Below are positions 30,008 to 38,800 of a DNA stretch of 47,364 nt, piece after piece. The translations under genes were made by a program, and so were the position numbers. Origin of the DNA: Kofleriaceae bacterium (GTDB taxonomy: Bacteria; Myxococcota_A; Polyangia; Haliangiales; Haliangiaceae); NCBI GenBank assembly GCA_046597055.1, contig JBKJLC010000098.1, forward strand, positions 1-47,364, given 5' to 3'. The number at the start of each line of letters is the position of its first letter. Position 1 is the first letter of the stretch. The notes beneath the pieces were generated by a model that was not told the origin of the DNA, did no database searches, and worked only from the letters and a program-made list of their open reading frames with translations.

Positions 30008-31369
30008 GTGGAGCTGTCCGCCGCCATCCGAGGAGTCCGCTACCGGTTCGAGTCGGTGAAGGACGTGCTCGCCAAGGCCAACCCGCCCAAGAGCGGCGAC
30101 GACCTGGCCGGGGTCGCGGCGCGCGACGCGGTCGAGCGGGTGGCGGCGCGCGCGGTGCTGGCCGACCTGACCCTGGCCGAGCTGCGCGCGAGCCCGGTGG
30201 TGCCGTACGAGGACGACGAGGTGACCCGGCTGGTCGAGGACGACCTCGACGAGGGCGCCTACCGCGCGGTCGCGCACCTGAGCGTCGGCCAGTTCCGCGA
30301 GTGGCTGCTCGAATCGTCGACCAGCGGCGCGACCCTGCGCGCGGTCGCGCCCGGGCTCACGCCCGAGATGGCGGCCGCGGTGTGCAAGCTGATGTCGAAC
30401 CTGGACCTCATGACGGTGGGCGCGCGCTGCGAGGTGGTGGTGCGCGCCAACAACACGCTCGGCCTGCCGGGCCGGCTGTCGTCGCGGGTCCAGCCCAACC
30501 ATCCGTCCGACGACGTGCAGGGCATCCTGGCGTCGGCGCGCGAGGGCCTGGCCTACGGATGCGGCGACGCGGTGATCGGGATCAACCCGGCGACCGACAC
30601 GCCGGCGTCGACCGCCGCGATCCTGACCGTGATCGACGAGCTGCTGAAGGCCAACGAGTGCCCGACCCAGCACTGCGTGCTGTCGCACCTGACCGTCCAG
30701 CTCAAGGCGCTCGAGCTCGGCTGTCCGATGGACCTCATGTTCCAGTCGCTGGCCGGCACCGAGGCCGCCAACCGCGCCTTCGGCATCGACGTCGCGCTGC
30801 TCGACGAGGCGTGGGCGACGATGAAGGAGCGCGGCACCACCCGCGGCCCCAACGTCATGTACTTCGAGACCGGGCAGGGCTCGGCGCTGTCGTCGGCCAC
30901 CCACCACGGCGCCGATCAGGTCACGGTCGAGGCGCGCGCGTATGGCCTGGCCCGCCGCTATCGGCCGTTCCTGGTCAACACCGTGGTCGGCTTCATCGGG
31001 CCCGAGTACCTCGAGGACGGGCCCCAGATCACCCGGGCCGCGCTCGAGGATCACTTCATGGGCAAGCTGCTCGGGCTGCCGATGGGCTGCGACGCCTGCT
31101 TCACCTATCACGCGCGCATGAGCCAGGATGAGCTCGAGAGCCTCAAGGTCCTGCTCGGCGCCGCCGGCTGCACCTACCTCATGAGCCTGCCGGTTGGCGA
31201 CGACATCATGCTCAACTACCAGTCGACCAGCTTCCACGACATCCCGTCGGTGCGCCGGCTGCTCGGCAAGCGGCCGACGCCCGAGTTCGACGCCTGGCTC
31301 GAGGCGCGCGGCATCACGCGGGACGGCCTGCCCGGGCCCCGGTTCGGCGACGTCGAGGTGCTGCGGTGA
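30008..31369 (+). CDS. eutB: Ethanolamine ammonia-lyase large subunit
   Basis: KSGDDLAG; RVQPNHPSDD; GDAVIGINP; MYFETGQGSALS; VNTVVGFIGPEYL; LEDHFMGKLLGLPMGCD; DDIMLNYQSTSFHD. Confidence 0.97.
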   Translation: MELSAAIRGVRYRFESVKDVLAKANPPKSGDDLAGVAARDAVERVAARAVLADLTLAELRASPVVPYEDDEVTRLVEDDLDEGAYRAVAHLSVGQFREWLLESSTSGATLRAVAPGLTPEMAAAVCKLMSNLDLMTVGARCEVVVRANNTLGLPGRLSSRVQPNHPSDDVQGILASAREGLAYGCGDAVIGINPATDTPASTAAILTVIDELLKANECPTQHCVLSHLTVQLKALELGCPMDLMFQSLAGTEAANRAFGIDVALLDEAWATMKERGTTRGPNVMYFETGQGSALSSATHHGADQVTVEARAYGLARRYRPFLVNTVVGFIGPEYLEDGPQITRAALEDHFMGKLLGLPMGCDACFTYHARMSQDELESLKVLLGAAGCTYLMSLPVGDDIMLNYQSTSFHDIPSVRRLLGKRPTPEFDAWLEARGITRDGLPGPRFGDVEVLR

Positions 31370-32283
31370 GCGCGACCCGCACCCTGGTCGCCGCGCTGCG
31401 CGCCGAGCTCGGCGCCAGCGATCCGATGCCGCCGCGGGTGGCGCTGCCGCCGGTGGTGGCCCCGCCGGTGCGGGTCTACGCGCCGCGCCGCGAGGCGAGC
31501 CGGTCGGCGCGCGAGGCGGCCCGCCATACCACCGCGCTGGTCGGCATCGGCCACGTCGGCACCCGCTACGCGACCGACGTGGTCCTGCAATTCCAGGCCG
31601 AGCTGGCGGTCGCGCACGAGGCGGTCGCGGCCGAGCTGCCCGAGGGCTGGGCCGCCGAGCGCGGCTTCCTGCCGCTGCGGTCGCGGGTGACCGATCATCG
31701 CGAGTTCTTGCTTCGTCCGGATCTCGGACGACGCCTCGACGGCCGGTCGCTCGAGCGCCTGCGTAGCGACGCCGACCGCAAGGTCGACGTCCAGATCATC
31801 CTGGCCGACGGCCTGTCGGCGGTCGCCTGCATGGGCAGCGGGCCGACGCTGGCGTCGACCCTGCGGGTCGCGTGCGAGCGGCGCGGGCTGCGGGTCGGTT
31901 CGCCGGTGTGCGCCAAGTTCGCGCGGGTGTGGCTCGAGGACGAGATCGGCCAGGAGGTCGAGGCGCGGGTGGCGGTGATCCTGCTCGGCGAGCGGCCCGG
32001 GCTCGGCACCGGCGATGGCCTGTCGGCCTACCTGGTCTACCAGCCGCGGATCGGCAAGACCGATGGCGACCGCAACATGATGAGCAACATCCATCCGCGC
32101 GGCACGCCGGTCGAGCCGGCCGCCGAGCGGCTGGCCTCGCTGGCGGCGTCGATGATCGAGCAGCAGACCAGCGGGGTCGCGCTCGATCTCGCGCGCGTGC
32201 CCGGCTGCAGCGACGAGGGTCGCGGTTACCGCGCGCCCCAGGTGCGCCAGCGCCTGGTCGAGCGGCCGCGAGGCGGACGCTAG
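31366..32283 (+). CDS. eutC: Ethanolamine ammonia-lyase small subunit
   Basis: FLLRPDLGRRL; ILADGLS; ILLGERPGL; LSAYLVY; RNMMSNIH. GTGA overlap with eutB. Confidence 0.95.
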   Translation: MSATRTLVAALRAELGASDPMPPRVALPPVVAPPVRVYAPRREASRSAREAARHTTALVGIGHVGTRYATDVVLQFQAELAVAHEAVAAELPEGWAAERGFLPLRSRVTDHREFLLRPDLGRRLDGRSLERLRSDADRKVDVQIILADGLSAVACMGSGPTLASTLRVACERRGLRVGSPVCAKFARVWLEDEIGQEVEARVAVILLGERPGLGTGDGLSAYLVYQPRIGKTDGDRNMMSNIHPRGTPVEPAAERLASLAASMIEQQTSGVALDLARVPGCSDEGRGYRAPQVRQRLVERPRGGR

Positions 32284-32948
32284 TGTTGCTCGAGCCGATC
32301 GTGCCGACCGTGCTGTCGGTCCGCCGCATCCCCAACGCCGACCCGGCGCTGCTGCGCGCGTACGGCGCCGATCCGGCCCGCCACGCCTCGCTCGGGCTCG
32401 TCACCTGCGACCAGGACGACGCGCTGTACGTCGCGCTCGACGAGGCGACCAAGCACGCGTCGGTCGACGTGGTGTTCGCGCGCAGCTTCTACGCCGGCAG
32501 CGCCCACGCGTCGGGGCGGCTCTCGGGCGAGATCCTCGGCGTGCTGGCCGCGGCCGAGCCGCAGGCGATCGAGGACGCGCTGGTCGCGCTCGAGCGCTGC
32601 CTCCGGCACGACGCCTGCTTCTATGATGCCGACGGCAAGCGCGGCATCACGGTGTTCCCGCACGTGATCGGCTCGCTCGGCCACTACCTGTCGCGCGAGG
32701 CCGGGCTCGCGGTCGGCGAGCCGATGGCGTACCTGGTCGCGCCGCCGCTCGAGGCGACCCTCGGGTTCGACGCCGCGCTCAAGGCGGCCGCGGTGCGCGC
32801 GGTCAAGATCACGCCGCCGCCGACCGAGACCAACTTCGCGTGCGCCTGGCTGACCGGCATCACGCCCGGCGACCTCGCGGCCTGCGCGGCGGCGGCGGCG
32901 GCGTTCGCGGCCGCGGTGGTCGAGGTCGCGGCGCGTCCACGCGGCTGA
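32283..32948 (+). CDS. eutL: EutL-type tandem-domain bacterial microcompartment shell protein (BMC-T)
   Basis: SLGLVTCDQDD; ALDEATK; ARSFYAGSAHASGRLSGE; YLVAPPLE; DAALKAA; PPPTETNF. Confidence 0.9.
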   Translation: MLLEPIVPTVLSVRRIPNADPALLRAYGADPARHASLGLVTCDQDDALYVALDEATKHASVDVVFARSFYAGSAHASGRLSGEILGVLAAAEPQAIEDALVALERCLRHDACFYDADGKRGITVFPHVIGSLGHYLSREAGLAVGEPMAYLVAPPLEATLGFDAALKAAAVRAVKITPPPTETNFACAWLTGITPGDLAACAAAAAAFAAAVVEVAARPRG

Positions 32949-33084
32949 CGGCGCGTGGGTCAGAAGCTACCGCTGCAACTGACGTTCTCGCGGTGACGGG
33001 GCCGCCGCCGTTGCCCGGATGCCCCCTCCGGCAGCCGCTTCACGAGCTGATCGTGCGGAATCGCCGCACATCCCGGCACGCCGG

Positions 33085-33101
33085 CGTTGCCAAAGGCAAC
33101 G
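33085..33101. promoter_or_regulatory. Palindromic operator-like site upstream of the alkaline phosphatase gene
   Basis: CGTTGC-CAAAG-GCAACG; its reverse complement matches 22348-22364 at 16 of 17 positions. Confidence 0.55.
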
Positions 33102-33145
33102 TGCCATTGCTTGCCGACCGGGGTGCCGGCCGGAATACTTGTCGG

Positions 33146-35065
33146 ATGTGTGCGCTTCGCGCCCTGGCTCTCTTCGTCGCGGCGGTGGTCGCCGTGGCGT
33201 GCGGCGACAACCTCGCCAGCGGGCGCGGCGTCGACGACGGGCCGGCGACGCCCGGCACCGAGCGCGCGCCGGCGGTCGTGGTGCTGATCGGCGACGGGAT
33301 GGGCCAGGGCCAGCTCGACGTCGCGTCGCTGTACCGGCACGGCGCGACCGACCGGCTGTTCCTGCAGGGCCTGCCGGCGCGGGGCGAGCTGCACACCGGC
33401 GGGCCCTCGGGCCTCACCGACTCGGCGGCGGCGGCGACCGTGATGGCGACCGGCGTCTACACCTACAACGGCGCGGTCGGGGTCGATCGTCAGCGCGCGC
33501 CGGTCGAGACCTTGGTCGAGCGCGCGGCGGCCCGCGGCTGGGCCACCGGCGTGGTGACCACCACCGCGCTGCCACACGCGACCCCGGCCGGGTTCACCGC
33601 GCACGTCGCCTCGCGCAGCGAGCTGACGGCGATCGCCGACCAGCAGGTCCGGATCACGCGCCCGACCGTCATGCTTGGCGGTGGCAGCCAGTACTTCCGG
33701 GCCGCCGGCCCGGGCTCGGTCCGCGCCGACGGCGGGCTCGAGGGCGAGCTCGACGCTGCCGGCTACACCCGGGTCGCGAATGCGGACAGCCTCGCCGCCG
33801 CGGTCGCCGCCGGGGCGCCCCGGCTGTTCGGCGCGTTCACGCCCGAACACATGACGTTCGCGCGCGCGCGCGGGCCCGACAGCCCCGAGCCGACCCTCGC
33901 GGCCATGGCGGAGGCCGCGCTCGCCACGCTCGACCGCGATCCCGATGGCTTCTTCCTCATGATCGAGGGCGGCCGGATCGATCATGCCGGACACGCCAAC
34001 GACCTCGCCAACACGGTCGGCGACACCCTCGCGTTCGACGACACCGTCGCCGCGGTGACCGCATGGGCCCGCGCCCGCGGCAACGTCACGGTGGTGGTGT
34101 CCGCCGATCACGAGACCGGCGGGCTCGAGGTGGTGGCGCCGCAGCCGGCCGGCATCCTTCCCGAGGTGCGCTGGCGCTGGGGGCAGCACACCAACGCGCG
34201 GGTGCTGATCACCGGCGACGGCCCCGGCAGCGAGGTCGTCGATGGCGCGCTCGTCGATCACCGCTGGATGTACCAGCTCGCGCGTGCGCGCATCGATGGC
34301 GCGCCGTTCGCCACCCCAGCACGCGAGCCCATCCCCGACGGCGAGCTCGGCGATCTGCGCCATCGTGCGGCGACCCAGATCCATCCCTCGAGCTACGGCG
34401 CCGGCTTCAACCAGCTCGATGCGCTGTGGCTCGACGCCAGCCCCGATGGCCTCCACGTCGGCGTCGAGGGCGTCTTCGAGTGGGACGCCAACGCCGTGGA
34501 GGTGTGGATCGATGTCGATCCCGGCGCCGACACCGGCGTCCGCGCGGCGACGGCGCTCGCCGATACCAGCGCCGGCGCCGACCAGGTGCTGTCGGCGGCC
34601 GGCTTCACCTTGCCGGCCGGGTTCGGCGCCGACCTGGCGCTGGTGGCGGTCGGCGGCGCCGAGACCCACATCGAGGAGCTGCTCGCGCTCGGTGGCCTGC
34701 GCGGGCTGGCGCCGCCGTACGGCGAGGTCACCGACCTCGCCTGGCATCACACCGCGATCAACTACGGCGACGTGCGGACCCGGACCACACCGCTGACGGC
34801 GCGGCCGGGGCAGGGGCTCGAAGCGGTGGTGCCGTGGTCCGAGCTGTACCCGGGCGGCGTCCCGGTCGGCGCCACGGTCGCGCTGGTCGTCGTGCTGGTG
34901 AACTCGGACGGCGGGCACACCTCCAACCAGGTGCTGCCGCCGCTGCCGCCGGGCGCGGCCGTCCCCGGCCGTGAGCCGCTCCAGCTGTCCACCTCGATCC
35001 GGTACACCGTGGCCGATGAAGCCGGGCTGATCGACGGGGCGGCGGCCCCGACCGTGGTCCCGTAG
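33146..35065 (+). CDS. Alkaline phosphatase (PhoA family) lipoprotein with extra C-terminal CBM9/DOMON-like domain
   Basis: AVAC lipobox; IGDGMG; TDSAAAAT; HATPA; EGGRIDHAGH; ADHETGG; QHT; about 250-aa beta-rich tail (LEAVVPWSEL). Confidence 0.9.
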   Translation: MCALRALALFVAAVVAVACGDNLASGRGVDDGPATPGTERAPAVVVLIGDGMGQGQLDVASLYRHGATDRLFLQGLPARGELHTGGPSGLTDSAAAATVMATGVYTYNGAVGVDRQRAPVETLVERAAARGWATGVVTTTALPHATPAGFTAHVASRSELTAIADQQVRITRPTVMLGGGSQYFRAAGPGSVRADGGLEGELDAAGYTRVANADSLAAAVAAGAPRLFGAFTPEHMTFARARGPDSPEPTLAAMAEAALATLDRDPDGFFLMIEGGRIDHAGHANDLANTVGDTLAFDDTVAAVTAWARARGNVTVVVSADHETGGLEVVAPQPAGILPEVRWRWGQHTNARVLITGDGPGSEVVDGALVDHRWMYQLARARIDGAPFATPAREPIPDGELGDLRHRAATQIHPSSYGAGFNQLDALWLDASPDGLHVGVEGVFEWDANAVEVWIDVDPGADTGVRAATALADTSAGADQVLSAAGFTLPAGFGADLALVAVGGAETHIEELLALGGLRGLAPPYGEVTDLAWHHTAINYGDVRTRTTPLTARPGQGLEAVVPWSELYPGGVPVGATVALVVVLVNSDGGHTSNQVLPPLPPGAAVPGREPLQLSTSIRYTVADEAGLIDGAAAPTVVP

Positions 35066-35090
35066 CCGCCGGCGCGGGGTTCGCGCAGGG

Positions 35091-35843
35091 TCAGCGCAGG
35101 ATCACGGCGGTGACCATGCCGACCATCGCCACGATCACGACCGCCTTGGTCACCGCCAGGCCGCGCGAGGTCATCGCGACCCGGGCCGCGGCCCACGCGC
35201 CGATGATCGCGCCGGCCGCCATCGCCAGCGCGGGCTGCCAGTGGATCTTGTCGGCGACCGCGAACACGACCACGGTCACCGCGATGTAGATCATCATCAC
35301 GAGCGCCTTGAGCGCGTTGGCGCGCACGAGGTCGTAGCGGAGCCCGCCGGCGAGGATCGCGAGGAACACCAGGCCGGCGCCGGCCTGCAGCAGCCCGCCA
35401 TAGAGGCCGGCGACGAACAGCCCGAGCATCGCCGGCACGCCGCGGGCGGCGCGCGGCGCGGCCTCGGGCGGCGGCGCGAACCGCGCCGGGCTGATCAGCA
35501 GCGTGATCGCCATCAGCACCAGCGTGCCGAGCAGCATCGGCTCGAACACCCGGTTGGGCAGCTGGGTCGCCATCCAGGCGCCGGCGGCGGCCCCGACCAC
35601 GGTCGGCGGGACGATCGCCCACGCCGCGTGGACCGGCAGCCGGCCGCCCCGCGCGAAGGTCGCGGCGCCGGTCAGGCACTGGCCGAAGATGGCCACCCGC
35701 GACGACGCGTTGGCCGCGTCGGCGGGCAGCCCGACCAGCATCAGGGCCGGCACCAGGAGCAGCGATCCGCCGCCGGCCAGCGTGTTCAGGGCCCCGGCGG
35801 CGAGCCCGGCGCCGGCGAGGGCGACAGCCTCGAGCGGGTCCAA
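35091..35843 (-). CDS. Sulfite exporter TauE/SafE family membrane protein
   Basis: AGALNTLAGGG; ANASSR; GLYGGLLQAGAG; ANALK. Confidence 0.9.
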   Translation of the reverse strand: MDPLEAVALAGAGLAAGALNTLAGGGSLLLVPALMLVGLPADAANASSRVAIFGQCLTGAATFARGGRLPVHAAWAIVPPTVVGAAAGAWMATQLPNRVFEPMLLGTLVLMAITLLISPARFAPPPEAAPRAARGVPAMLGLFVAGLYGGLLQAGAGLVFLAILAGGLRYDLVRANALKALVMMIYIAVTVVVFAVADKIHWQPALAMAAGAIIGAWAAARVAMTSRGLAVTKAVVIVAMVGMVTAVILR

Positions 35844-35890
35844 GCCCCGACTCTAGCGCAGTCGCCGGGTCGACACCCGGCGAGGCGACG

Positions 35891-38800
35891 TCACGGGATG
35901 ACGAGCGTGGGCGTCACCCGGAGCCGGCCCCAGAAGCCATCGCGCGCCTCGACCACCGGGTGGTAGGTGCCGGCCGGCATGTTCATGTCGATGATGGTCG
36001 AGTAGCCGCCGGCGCCGTCCTGGCCGAGCCAGTTCCAGTCGGTGTCGAACGAGCCATCGGCGTCCCAGTCGACCCGCGCCATCACGCTCGGGTCCCAGGG
36101 CTGGCCGCGGTCGGGGTCGGTGACCTCGATCTTCAGCAGCGCGGGGCCGCCTGCCGCCCAGCCCGGGATGATGGTCGCCCGCACCGCGTCGGGCGCATGG
36201 TCGTAGGGGATGACGTGGACCGTGCGCGAGGCCCGGGTCACCGTGCCGGCCGGGTCGCGGGCCTCGACCGTGATCCGGTAGATGCGCGACAGGATGTGCT
36301 CGGCCTCGCCCAGGGTCGCGATCTTCGCGATGTTCGAAAAATCGAACATCACGACCTCGGGCAGCCGCAGCGGCACCAGCCGGTTGGTGGTCGACCGCGG
36401 GTAGTCGCGGAGCACGGCGAGCTGGGCCGGGTTGCTGACGTCGAGCTCCTGGACGTGGCCGCTGCCGATCGTCCACACCTTCTGGTCGTCGCCGACCGCG
36501 GCGCGATCCAGGCGCAAGGCCGAGGTGCCCAGCTTCCAGCTCAGGTTGCGCGCGAACCGCGCGGCGTCGCCGACGATCGTGATCGGGTCGGGGTTGCAGC
36601 CCTCGGTCTCGCAGGTCGGGAACAGCTGCACGTACAGCCGCGAACCGACCTGGGCGTGCTCGAAGGTCTCGCCGCCGAGCGCGGTGTCGCAGCGCACCAC
36701 CTGGGGCGCGCGCCCGTTGTCGACGTTGATGGCGCACAGGCCGCGCAGCCGGGGTGGGACCGGGTCCTTGGTCTGCAGGTGCGAGGTGATGACCATGGTG
36801 TTGCCGACCAGGGTCGCGTGCTGGGTGCCGGTCCCGGTCAGCCGCGACAGCGACCGGATGAGCTGCGGCACCGCGACGTTCAGGACCTCGATGCCGTGGC
36901 CGGCGATCGCCAGGTGCCCGCTCGAGGTGACGCCCGCGATCTCGACGGCGCCGTCGAGCACCCGGGCGGCCCTGGCGCTGGTGTCGAACTGGACCCGCGA
37001 CGCGACCAGCTGACCGGCCTGCCCGTTGGCCTGATCGTCGATGATCTCGACCCGCCAGCCGCCCTCCGGGAACACGCCGACGAGCGTGCGCAGCGCCGGG
37101 GTCGTGGCGGCGGTGAAGGTCCACGTGCGCAGGCCGCCGGGGCCAGCGCCGTGATCCCACAGGACCACCGGTGCCAGCCGCAGGTCTTTGGCCGCCACCA
37201 GCTGGATCTTCAGGTCGGCGGGCCGCGGGTGTTCGACGGTCACGGTCACGCGGGTCGCGGTGACCTTGGCGCCGTGGTTGAAGTACAGGTCGTGGCTCTG
37301 GGGCGCAGCGCTGCCGTCGGGCACCGCGACCGGCTCGGTGACCTCGGCGGCGGGCTGGGCGGTGGCCGTCAGCACTTGCTTGAGCTCGCGCGGCGCGTCG
37401 AGGTCGCTCAGATCGACCACCGTCAGGTAGGTGCCGAGCACGTAGAGACGGTTGCCGGCCCGGTAGAGCCGGTTGGCGGTGGTCTCGAGCGCGAGCTGCG
37501 ACCTCACGCGCGGCGCCGCCCGGTCGGTGATGTCGACGACCCAGAGGCCGCGGGGGCCGGCCGCGACCACGAGATGGTTGGCGTCGAGCGCGACCAGATC
37601 GCGGATCCAGCCGTTCCACAGCGTCGGGTCACCGGCGGTCAGATCGAGCAGGCGGGTCCGCAGCGAGGCCGGGGTCGGCAGCGCGACCGTGAGCCGGCCA
37701 TCGGCGCTGATCGGGCCCTTCTGGCGGTAGGGCGCGTCGGTGGTGAGCAGCTCGGTGATCACGTTCAGCGGGATGGTCTGGCCCTCGGGGTCGGTCGCGG
37801 TGGCGGTCAGGGCGACCTCACCGGTGGCGACGCCGTGGATCAGGCTGGGCACGTCGGTGAGCGCGAGGAACGGCGCGGCGTCGCCGCGGACCACCGGCAG
37901 CTCGGCCGTGGTGATGCGGGTTGCGCCCCGGGCGTCGCGGGCCTGGGCCCGGACGGTGACGACGCCGGCGGCCGGCGTGAACGGGTAGGCGCCCGGCGCC
38001 CGATAGCCGGTATCCCAGCTGCCATTGCCGTCGAGGTCGTAGCGGACCTGGACCGCGTCGCCGTCGAGGTCGAGCGCGGTGGTGGTCACCGTGACGGGCG
38101 CGGCGGTGCCGGCGCGGGCCGGCGTGTCGAGGCGGAGGTGGGGCGCCGTGTTGGTCGCGCCGGTGGTGGTCACCGTGAGCGCGAGCGGGCGGGCCTCGAC
38201 GTTGCCGACCGAGTTGAGGCCGCGCACGAACAGCGGCCGGGTGCCGGCGCGGACGCCGGTGAGCTCGAGGTCGACCGCCTGGCGGCCGCGGGTGGTGCCC
38301 GGCAACCCGACCCGGAACCAGGGCCCGGTGGCGGCGAAGCCGTACTCGAGCGCGACGATCCGGTTGGCGCTGAGGCGGGTGCCCCAGAACTGGCGGCTGT
38401 CGCCGCGATCCACGATCTGACCGGTGAGCCGGACCCGCTGGCCGGTGACGGCCGCGATCAGCTCGCTGCGGGGCAGGGTGTCGCGGACCTCGATGATCCC
38501 GTCACCGTCGGTGTCGAGCCAGCCCCAGGCCCCCCGGGTGTAGCCGTTGATGGCGTCCGGGTTGTTGGCCTCCATCAGCGAGCTGACCGACTCGCCGCGG
38601 CCCTTGTCGATGCCGCCGCCGGACTCGTTGGAGAAGGCGTTGGCGTTGATCATGCCCAGGTAGCCACCGAGCAGGGTCGGCGGCGTGCACGCGTCGGGGC
38701 AGTACTCGTCGAACGCGCCGAAGATGTGCCCGAACTCGTGCATGAACGTGTCGGTGTGGTTGTAGGTTTCGAGCACCGTCCAGGGGCCGTTGAAGTTGGC

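Noticed and set aside
28505..31237. 910-aa minus-strand ORF and similar Arg/Pro/Gly-rich ORFs elsewhere
   Set aside because: Off-frame or antisense overlaps of the polA paralog and eutB, with low-complexity translation.
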